From contig CAVVLJ010000017.1 of the NCBI GenBank assembly GCA_963749075.1, positions 416,001-480,000 of the forward strand: 64,000 nucleotides of DNA. Direction: 5' to 3'. A model generated the notes under the pieces. The model was not told the origin of the DNA. It ran no database searches and worked only from the letters and a program-made list of their open reading frames with translations. The DNA comes from an uncultured Pseudomonadota bacterium (GTDB lineage Bacteria; Pseudomonadota; Alphaproteobacteria; JACZXZ01). Made by a program: the position numbers and the translations under genes. Shown here piece by piece: positions 47,833 to 55,579 of the stretch; positions within the stretch are counted from its first letter, which is position 1; every line of letters starts with the position of its first letter.

Positions 47833-50800
47833 CTACTCCGCGGCAACGGGTGGCGACAACATGAGGCCGGCCATGATCTCGCGTACGTCGCTCGCCGCGT
47901 CGCGATAGGGCGTCCAGCCCGAGAGCCGGCACGGCAGCCGCTGGCCGCGCTCGAACAGGCTCTTCTGGATCGGATAGCTGTAGGCGTGCTCGCGCAGGAA
48001 GTCGGCATGGCTGAAGGGTCGGCCGGTCGTCGGGTAGAGCCGCGCCGCGGCCGAGAAATTGTTGATATAGGCCTCGGCCGGCTGCTCGATGATCTTGACC
48101 GTGCGTGCGTTCTCGCACATGCGCGGAATCATGCCGTAGTCGATGTTGGCGAAGTGCTTTCGCGTGTAGCGCTGGAGCGTGCCGGCGGTGGTGAAGAGCG
48201 GATGGATGAAGACGGAGTGAATCTCGACCCCGCCCGGAACCGGCCAGAACACGTCGCGCGGATGGCGGCCGAAGTCCCTGTTCTCGACGGCGACCACCTG
48301 CGAGCGGAAGTAATGGTGCGCGTGGCTTGCGGCGAGCGTGGCGAGCTCCGCGCTCGAGATGGCGATGACCGGCTCGCGGCCGTAGCGCTCGCGCAAGGCC
48401 GGCAGGAACGTCTCGCTCTCGGCCACGATATTGCCGCCGCCGCAGCACCCGAAGCCTTGGTGCCCGTAGCGCGCCATGGCGTCGAGCGAGCCGTCGGCGA
48501 CGATCGCATCGACGGGGATCATGAAGAGATGGGCATTCGCCCCTTGCGCGAAGAAGATGGAGCAGTGATCCACGATCCCGTAGAACATGTAGAAGTGAGT
48601 GCTGAGATAGCCCGCTCTCAGGTCGCTCAGCAAGCTCTCGGGGATATGCGAGAACTCGATGTCGGCGAGCCGGCTCAACTGCGCGAAAACGGCATGGCGC
48701 CTGATCTGGAGCTCGCCGGCCGGATTGGTGATGATGGAGAAGACGATGGAGCCCCTCTCGCCGAGTGCCGGCAGATTGCCGGGTGCGAGCATCGAGCGCA
48801 GGTTATACTGCATGAAATTCTCGATGAACTCGCCGCCCCAGACGATGGCGCCCATCACATAGATTTCCTCGTCCGGGTGCCGCGCGCGGTATTCCTTGCC
48901 GCGCCAGTGGCAGAGCGGATAGGCCTCCAGGCAATAGCGGACGAGCGCTTCCATCTCGGGCGGCAGGTCGAGCCTCAACTGCTGCCAAAGGGCGACGAAC
49001 TGGTCGAAGAGGCCGAGCCTCAGAAAGACGACGAAAAGGGGATAGATGGCGGCCTTCTCCTCCGTCGCGCCCGCGTAGCTCACGCGCCCGCCGGCAACGA
49101 CCTGCCGCAATTCATCGAGCTTGCTCTCGACCTCGGGGATGCAGCCCTGACGCACTTCGAAGCCGAAAATGAGCTCGGCGGAAGACACGAGCTCCTGCAA
49201 TGTGTAAATCCGCGCCGCTTCCTGGGCCTCGGCCTCCTCGGCGCTGAGCACGCCCAGTTTTTCGCGCGCCTCATGGACGCGGTCGAGGATGTCGAGAAAG
49301 GCCCGGCGGCAGGCGGCGGGATTCTGGGCGGGCAGGCCGACAATCGCGGCCCCGTCCTTGAGGGGCAGCCGCAGCTCGCGCTCGAGCAGATCGAACTCGT
49401 TGTCGCTGTTGCTTTCCCAGAAGAGCTCGGCATAGCGCGCGAGCGACAGCTTGTGCGTCTCGAAGGCCTTTTTGGGGCTGATCTCGATGTAGCCGATGCG
49501 GTCTTCCGGGCGGACGATATAGGACACGGGCCCGCCCGTGCGCCGGTCCCGCCAGATGCGCGCGAGCGAGCTGTCGAGCGTGAAATAGGTCAGGCGGGTC
49601 GCCGATTGCAAGAGCGCAGGGCTGATGTGGAGCGGCGTATAATGTGCCGTGTGCATGACGAGCACGGCACCCTCGCGCCAGGCGAAGAGGGTCGAGCGCG
49701 GCACGATGCGGGCAGCGATCTCCTTCTCCTCGAGGAAGACGGCCCGGCTCGCCGGATGAATGATGCCGAGGCCTAGGCTGTGCAGGTCGGGGGCGGGCAC
49801 GCTGAGCACGCCGTCCCCGCCGAGAAGCCCGTCGAGCACCCGCGCCACCTTCTCCCTCACGACCCTGAAGGAGTTGGAGAGGATGATCTGCCGGCCGCGC
49901 TCTTGGGCCAGCCTCTGCAAGCCTTGGAAAAAGCCGTTGGCGTAGACGATGTCGGGGTTCGTGAAATGGAGGCCGGCGCCGAGGCGCGTCGCGAGACGTA
50001 TGGTGGTGTTCGAAAGCACGCCGTAGAGCCAATAGCGTCCGTCCCCCCGCGCCAACTTGGTCAAGCGCTCGGAGATTTCCTCGAAGCGGATGTTGCCGGG
50101 CTTGGCGAGCTTGTGGAACGGCTCGTGCCGCATGATCCGCTCGCGCCCGGCCGAGGTGGTGAAGATGTGCCAGAAGATGGCGACGTGCTCGCCGAGGTCG
50201 CGCAGGTTCCCCTCGGCCAGGAGCGAAGGCACGCAATAGCGCTCGAAGAGCTCGTGATAGCGCTCGCCCCAGACCGCGAGCGAGACCACCAGCCGCTGCT
50301 CTCCGGGCAGGCCCGGCGACAGCCGAGCCGCCGCGATGCCGTCCTCGATCCGCCGCGCCAAGGGGAGAAGCTGGCGCATCAGGCGATCCTGGCGGCGGAA
50401 TTTCCCCTCGGGCCGTGACCGCACCTTGGTCAACCGCTCGAAGGCCTCGATCGCCCCGTCGATGTCGCCGTTGAGGGTGAGGAGCGCATAGGCGGCGCGC
50501 CGCCCGGCGAGATAGAGCTGGCGGACGCGATAGCGCGCACCCAGCCATCTGAGCGGCCACAGGGCAAGGGAGACAAGCGCCGCCTCGAGGTCCGCGTAGG
50601 TTCGTGAAAGGCCGCGGCCGAGGGCGCGCCAGCCGGCGGCGAACCGGCGCGCAAGCCAGCGGAGCGCGCGGAACAGGGCGCGGAGCGCCCCTCTGAGCTG
50701 CCGGAAAACGAAGCGGACGGGTACCGGCAGGACGTTGACGAGGATGCCGCGCAGCAGCCGCCCGCGCGTCCGCCAGCGCAACCAAGGGGCCCCCCGCGTG

Positions 50801-51009
50801 ATCAGCATCTGGAGCTGGAAGTCGAGCTTGATGTTCGCGGCCGCGACGTAGCGCTGGAGCCAATCGAAATACGACCACAGTGCTTTCTCGTCCTTCGACG
50901 AGAAGCGCATCGCCGCGAGCAGGGTGTCCTTGGCCAACTCGAAGAAGCGCCGGTAGGCAAGGCGGCGCTTGGAGCGGCTGAGCAGAAGGGAAAGCCGGCC
51001 CCTGATCAT
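47833..51009 (-). CDS. Large hypothetical protein with two internal copies of a GT-A-like domain
   Basis: Repeat 1 VWGERYHELFERYCVPSLLAEGNL...NPDIVYANG; repeat 2 VWGGEFIENFMQYNLRSMLAPGNL...PVDAIVADG; start chosen at MIRGR after a CGGAG RBS. Confidence 0.7.
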   Translation of the reverse strand: MIRGRLSLLLSRSKRRLAYRRFFELAKDTLLAAMRFSSKDEKALWSYFDWLQRYVAAANIKLDFQLQMLITRGAPWLRWRTRGRLLRGILVNVLPVPVRFVFRQLRGALRALFRALRWLARRFAAGWRALGRGLSRTYADLEAALVSLALWPLRWLGARYRVRQLYLAGRRAAYALLTLNGDIDGAIEAFERLTKVRSRPEGKFRRQDRLMRQLLPLARRIEDGIAAARLSPGLPGEQRLVVSLAVWGERYHELFERYCVPSLLAEGNLRDLGEHVAIFWHIFTTSAGRERIMRHEPFHKLAKPGNIRFEEISERLTKLARGDGRYWLYGVLSNTTIRLATRLGAGLHFTNPDIVYANGFFQGLQRLAQERGRQIILSNSFRVVREKVARVLDGLLGGDGVLSVPAPDLHSLGLGIIHPASRAVFLEEKEIAARIVPRSTLFAWREGAVLVMHTAHYTPLHISPALLQSATRLTYFTLDSSLARIWRDRRTGGPVSYIVRPEDRIGYIEISPKKAFETHKLSLARYAELFWESNSDNEFDLLERELRLPLKDGAAIVGLPAQNPAACRRAFLDILDRVHEAREKLGVLSAEEAEAQEAARIYTLQELVSSAELIFGFEVRQGCIPEVESKLDELRQVVAGGRVSYAGATEEKAAIYPLFVVFLRLGLFDQFVALWQQLRLDLPPEMEALVRYCLEAYPLCHWRGKEYRARHPDEEIYVMGAIVWGGEFIENFMQYNLRSMLAPGNLPALGERGSIVFSIITNPAGELQIRRHAVFAQLSRLADIEFSHIPESLLSDLRAGYLSTHFYMFYGIVDHCSIFFAQGANAHLFMIPVDAIVADGSLDAMARYGHQGFGCCGGGNIVAESETFLPALRERYGREPVIAISSAELATLAASHAHHYFRSQVVAVENRDFGRHPRDVFWPVPGGVEIHSVFIHPLFTTAGTLQRYTRKHFANIDYGMIPRMCENARTVKIIEQPAEAYINNFSAAARLYPTTGRPFSHADFLREHAYSYPIQKSLFERGQRLPCRLSGWTPYRDAASDVREIMAGLMLSPPVAAE

Positions 51010-51148
51010 CTCGGCTCCGCCGCGGACCGCTGGCCGATCCGGGTGTTCCCGAAGCGCCTCGCGGCTTGGGCATGGATCATCGCCGCCGATCCCGTTCCAG
51101 GGCGCTGCCGCAGTCGCGAGAGAGAAGAGCGATGTGCAGGCGATCTCT

Positions 51149-52159
51149 TCAACAAGGCGACCCGAACTCCTCCAGCAGCCGGCGCGCCTTCTCGATCTGC
51201 GTGCGGCGCACCTCATCCCGCTCGCCGAGCTCGACGTTGCTGGCAAGCCGGTGCTGCCACCGCTCGGGCAGCAGCTCGCCGAGTATGATACCGCACCAGC
51301 GCAGCACATGAAGCGGCATCAGTGCGGCCAGCCGGTCGGCCTCGCGATGGCGGCGGAAATGCCCGAGCAGGAGTTGCCGATAGAGCAGCTTCTGGGACGC
51401 GGATAGCCGCATCGCCGGGTGCATGGTGAAGAGCGCGATGCTGGTCGCCGGATCGTCCCAGCCGAAATACTCGAAATCGAGGAAAGCGAGAGTGCCGTCC
51501 GCCTGCCGCAGCGCATTGTGAGCGCCGAAATCCGACGGGATCAGCGTGCGCCGCTCCGGCGGCAGATCGGCATCGAATTCGAGGCCGAGCCGCGCACAGT
51601 CCCGACGCGACCTCGCCTCGAACTCCCGGAGCGCCGGCACGAGCACGCCGTCGTAGAAGGGTGCGAATTGCGGTATCTCCGCCTTGACCGCGCCCAGGCG
51701 CGCAAAGCGGCCGCCGATCTGCCCGAGGATGCGCCGTCCGGAAAGACAGGCTTCGGAGGCTTCGCCGATCTCCTTCGCCGCCTGCCCGTCGATCGCCCGG
51801 TCGATGTCGATCTGAAAGGCGGCAAAGGCGGCGACGTCCTCGTCGCTCACGTCGGAGAACGGCTCGCCCTCCAGCCACGTGAGGAGGACATACCGCGTCT
51901 CCGGCTCGACCGCGACGACGCGAGGGGTCCGGCCGATGCCCCGGCGCTCGAACAGCCGGAGCGCGCCCGTCTCGGCCAGCAAGCGGTCGCGCTCGTCCGC
52001 CGGCGGGTAGCGTTTCAGGGCGTAGACGGCTGCGGACGTTTCCACCCGGAAGACGCGGTTGTTCCTTCCGCGCCGGAGCTCCGCGACGCGCGCGACGGGC
52101 GACGGGGAGAGCCGGCGCGCGACGGCGAGGACGGCGTCAAGCGTCGCGGAAGAGCGCAT
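51149..52159 (-). CDS. Aminoglycoside-phosphotransferase/choline-kinase-like protein
   Basis: GRNNRVFRV, YALKRY, SDFGAHN (Brenner-like), FLDFEYFGWDDP. Confidence 0.82.
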   Translation of the reverse strand: MRSSATLDAVLAVARRLSPSPVARVAELRRGRNNRVFRVETSAAVYALKRYPPADERDRLLAETGALRLFERRGIGRTPRVVAVEPETRYVLLTWLEGEPFSDVSDEDVAAFAAFQIDIDRAIDGQAAKEIGEASEACLSGRRILGQIGGRFARLGAVKAEIPQFAPFYDGVLVPALREFEARSRRDCARLGLEFDADLPPERRTLIPSDFGAHNALRQADGTLAFLDFEYFGWDDPATSIALFTMHPAMRLSASQKLLYRQLLLGHFRRHREADRLAALMPLHVLRWCGIILGELLPERWQHRLASNVELGERDEVRRTQIEKARRLLEEFGSPC

Positions 52160-52751
52160 GCGTGATCTCTTTCCAACCGCCGTAGCGCTCGATGCCGCCT
52201 TGCGCCGGGCCGGGTGCCGCGCCAAAAAGAATCTTCCGGCAGCTCGCTGGCAGCTCGCCGTGGGCGAGCACCTCGGGGAGATCGTCGATGAAGACGTTGC
52301 AGCCGACCGTGCGGATGCGGCGGACCTTGTCGTCGCGCGTGCGCTCGAAGAACACGTTCTCCGGTGCCAGGCCGAAGCCCGCGTCGCCGAAGAAGCCCTG
52401 GCGGCAGAGCCAGGCCAGCGCCGCCTCGTGCAGATTGGTGCCGTGCGGATCGTGGTGGGCGAGGACGGTCTTGTGGCTGACGATGGCGAGCGGCACGGCC
52501 TCGACACGGCAGCGCGCGAGGAACTCGGCCGCGCCCTGGTAGAGCACCGCCTGGTCGATGCGCCGGCCGTAGACCTCTCCCTGCAGCGTCTCCCAAGAAT
52601 GGCCGTCGGGGCGCTCGGCCAGGAGCCGGGCCTTGACCGCCGACCTGCCCCCGGCGAAATCCGGCGGCAGCAGGCCCTCCTCTTGGCCCACGGCAAGGAA
52701 TGCCTGGTCGTAGGCGACGAGCGTGTTGTCGAGGTCCAAGCCGATTCGCAT
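52137..52751 (-). CDS. HAD-superfamily hydrolase
   Basis: IGLDLDNTLV motif I, IVSHKT motif II, K and FIDDLPEV motifs III/IV; overlaps the kinase start. Confidence 0.85.
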   Translation of the reverse strand: MRIGLDLDNTLVAYDQAFLAVGQEEGLLPPDFAGGRSAVKARLLAERPDGHSWETLQGEVYGRRIDQAVLYQGAAEFLARCRVEAVPLAIVSHKTVLAHHDPHGTNLHEAALAWLCRQGFFGDAGFGLAPENVFFERTRDDKVRRIRTVGCNVFIDDLPEVLAHGELPASCRKILFGAAPGPAQGGIERYGGWKEITHALFRDA

Positions 52752-52829
52752 GGCGCCACCTTATGCAACCTCGCGGCGGCCGTCCACAGGCACGGGCGTA
52801 GCGCTCGATGGCCCGGCAACGCGCGTGGA

Positions 52830-53664
52830 TCAACGCTTGCCGCCCGCTTCCCGTTTGGCGGCGAGCGCTCGGTAGTCTTCGACCAGCTGGCGGTACACGA
52901 CCCCGTCATAGTCCTTTTCGAGATGATCGACCGGCACGACGAAGGGCCGCTCCGAGGCCTTGCGGAAGGCGATATGGAGCCAGAGATCGGCCACGGGAAT
53001 GGGGCCGGTCGAGCTCTCGACGTAGGAGTGCTGCTCGATCGCTTTCGTCCATTCGCTTCTGCCTTCCGCCTGCCACGGCGTCGCCTCCTTCTGCGAAAGG
53101 CGAGCCATGTAGCCGTTGAACTCCGCGAGAAAGTCGGCTTCGTACCGCACGAGCTCGACCCGCGCATAGAGCACGTCGTAACGGTTCGATGCCACGCGCC
53201 TGCCAGCCGCTCAAGGGAATGGAATGGCGCATGACGCCTCCGGCCTTCACCAGATCGCGGGCGACGTGGAACGCGTTGAGCGGATTGCTCAAGTGCTCGA
53301 TCGTGCCTTCGTCGTTCACCATGTCGAAGTGCCCGAGCAGCGCGGCCGGCGCGCGCTCAGTGCTGAGGTCGAATCGCGTCGTTCCGGGGGCGCCGTTCAC
53401 GTCGAGGCTTAGGCATGCGATCGCGGCTCTGTCGAAAACGCGCTTCGACGGGCAGGGGAAAACAAGGGAAGCGGCGAAATCCTCGGCTTTCTCGGACGGC
53501 TCCCCGAGGGAGGTCAAAAAAGCGGAAACGTCCCTGCGCGCTTCGGGCAACTCCCCATCGAGCTCCTGCGCGCCGAACTCCGCCAAGGCCCCGCCCTTCG
53601 GCAACCAGCCTTGCTCAATCCAGTTCGTCACATGCGCCCGGAAGTAGGTTGCCGCGTAGCCCAT
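52830..53664 (-). pseudogene. Class I methyltransferase-like gene disrupted near 53195
   Basis: LAEFGAQE, SLDVNG, FDLS, FDMVNDEGTIEH, LVKAGGVMRHSIPLSGW, then a frame change to ASNRYDVL...AFRK...PFVVPVD; a short stretch may also be missing at the junction. Confidence 0.6.
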
Positions 53665-53719
53665 GCTTGCCTTTCCTATGCGACGCTAATGAGGCAGAGG
53701 GACAGAAGACGAGAACGCT

Positions 53720-53812
53720 GTCCGTTGCAACCCCGCAGAACGCACCGTCGCCACCTTGAGGCACCTCGCCATGATCCGCCTCATGCGCCGACCTATGACT
53801 TGAGCAACTCAT
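53720..53812 (+). mobile_element. Highly decayed IS5-family remnant (transposase 3' end)
   Basis: 53764-53786 CCTCGCCATGATCCGCCTCATGC is the exact reverse complement of 63598-63620 in the IS5 transposase (LAMIRLM). Outer limits approximate. Confidence 0.7.
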
Positions 53813-55375
53813 TCACCCCGTGGCCATTCTACGCGGGTCGGCTCTTAGAGATCTGCGGATGGTCTCGAAGACGGCGATGAGTGCCGTGGCGAGACCGGAA
53901 ACGACATAGAAAACGAGCTCCGCGGAGGTGTGAGGTTTACTCCATGCGACGAAGTAGGGCACGATGCTCCAGATTGAAAAGAGCAGCAACGCGCGGATCA
54001 AGAGCCTCAAGCGATTTTCAGGCTCTCCGGACGCGCCAAAAACAACGAAGGCGACGAGAGCCGCGGCCTGCGCAAGCGGCAGGGCAAGAAGAAGCAGTTT
54101 GATACCGAAGGTCTTGCCGGGAGCGCCGAAGCCGATGAGATAGCTCGTTGACGTGAGGATGAGTATAGGTTTGTAATAAAAAAATGTCTCGAAGACCTCC
54201 ATCGGATACTTGCGGGTGATTTCGAAAAACGCATCTTTCATGGCCGCCTCATAACGGCCGCCGTAGATTCCTTCGATCATCTCCGCCGGCGTGAGGCCGT
54301 GCTCAAGCGCGTACGCCTCCCAAATGCACTGACCGTTCCAGTCTGCGACGCCGCGAACAAGGCTCTGGGGTGTGGCGTATTGCGAAGGAGAGTAGCGCTT
54401 ACATGAGGAATAGACATCGCGCAGATTGCCGAACGGCCAAGCCGGATTCGCACCGAGGCTAACGAGCACGCGATGCCAGACGAGTCCGGTGGTTCGCCCG
54501 GACTCCTTATAGGCTTCGGGCACCCATAGATAAAAGGATGCAACGAGCACGGCGCTCAAGAAGGCGACGAATGCGCCATTGCGAAGCAGGCTCCGAAAGC
54601 CCGCAGGGTCGCGGCGACGCGCTCCCAGGGTCAGAAGGAGAGCCACGATAAGAGCACCGAGGAGATAGCCGGCGCCGCCGCGAACAAGGATGACGACGGC
54701 GAGCATGAGGACTTGAACGCAGAGCAGAATGAAATTGCCTGGCCTTGCTTCGGAGTTGGATTTCGCTGACCCGACGATTTCCCAGAATATGTGCATCGCC
54801 GGCAATATGCCAAGAAGACTAAAATAGCGAATCCCCCCGACAGGGACCTCGTCCGCAATATTCGTATCGGTTGCCAATGGCGTGAACAGCATCATGGTCA
54901 GTGAAAAAAAATACAGAAGTGCGAAAAAGACACGGTCATCCCGGTACCGTAACAGAAATGCAAGCGTCGAGATCCCCATAAAGCCTATGACAGCAAAAGT
55001 CAGCGAAGAAAGATGCGGCCCGAATAAGCGCATCGCGAGCGTCGTGATGACGGTATAGCCGATGCCGATCCCGTCCGGGTTGGCCGCCAACAAAGGGCCG
55101 GTCTCGACCCCGCCGCGGGCCGTCTCTTCCAGAGTCTGCTGAATGTGGCCTGGTTTGTACACAAACGACTTCAGTAAACCCGAATAGATTGTGCCGATTG
55201 GAGCCCCATAGACTGAATTGGACACCGCGGCCGCGAGGCCGAACCGCTCTGCGTGGTATTCGGAATAACGATGCTCTCTCAACACCGTCACTGCGGCGGC
55301 ATAGATGACGAATGAGGCGATCGCCAGACAGATCCGAATCGAAGTCGACGCATGATGTCGGGAAACGAGCTTCAA
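53813..55375 (-). CDS. Polytopic membrane protein, hypothetical (possible GT-C-like glycan transferase/polymerase)
   Basis: About ten hydrophobic segments with a large loop; visibly lower GC than flanks. Function inferred from topology and context only; TTG start uncertain. Confidence 0.65.
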   Translation of the reverse strand: MKLVSRHHASTSIRICLAIASFVIYAAAVTVLREHRYSEYHAERFGLAAAVSNSVYGAPIGTIYSGLLKSFVYKPGHIQQTLEETARGGVETGPLLAANPDGIGIGYTVITTLAMRLFGPHLSSLTFAVIGFMGISTLAFLLRYRDDRVFFALLYFFSLTMMLFTPLATDTNIADEVPVGGIRYFSLLGILPAMHIFWEIVGSAKSNSEARPGNFILLCVQVLMLAVVILVRGGAGYLLGALIVALLLTLGARRRDPAGFRSLLRNGAFVAFLSAVLVASFYLWVPEAYKESGRTTGLVWHRVLVSLGANPAWPFGNLRDVYSSCKRYSPSQYATPQSLVRGVADWNGQCIWEAYALEHGLTPAEMIEGIYGGRYEAAMKDAFFEITRKYPMEVFETFFYYKPILILTSTSYLIGFGAPGKTFGIKLLLLALPLAQAAALVAFVVFGASGEPENRLRLLIRALLLFSIWSIVPYFVAWSKPHTSAELVFYVVSGLATALIAVFETIRRSLRADPRRMATG

Positions 55376-55579
55376 GACGTTCGATGGCTCTTCTATGCCG
55401 AAACGAATGCAAGATCATGGCGCGACTTTGACCAATAGCCGAGCCTCCGGGCAGCGGTGGCGATCATGCGATTGACCTGTGCGGGCCGACCATTGCGGCG
55501 TCATTCCGGCGGCAGCGGGTTGCGAGGCGCCGGAGATGAGAGATAACGGTATGCCGACCTCGTTTTTCGTGGCCGCGCT

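Noticed and set aside
51149-53167. 672-aa kinase ORF, or an aminoglycoside resistance gene
   Set aside because: The N-terminal half overlaps the HAD and methyltransferase genes; the kinase starts at ~52159, and its context points to sugar metabolism rather than resistance.
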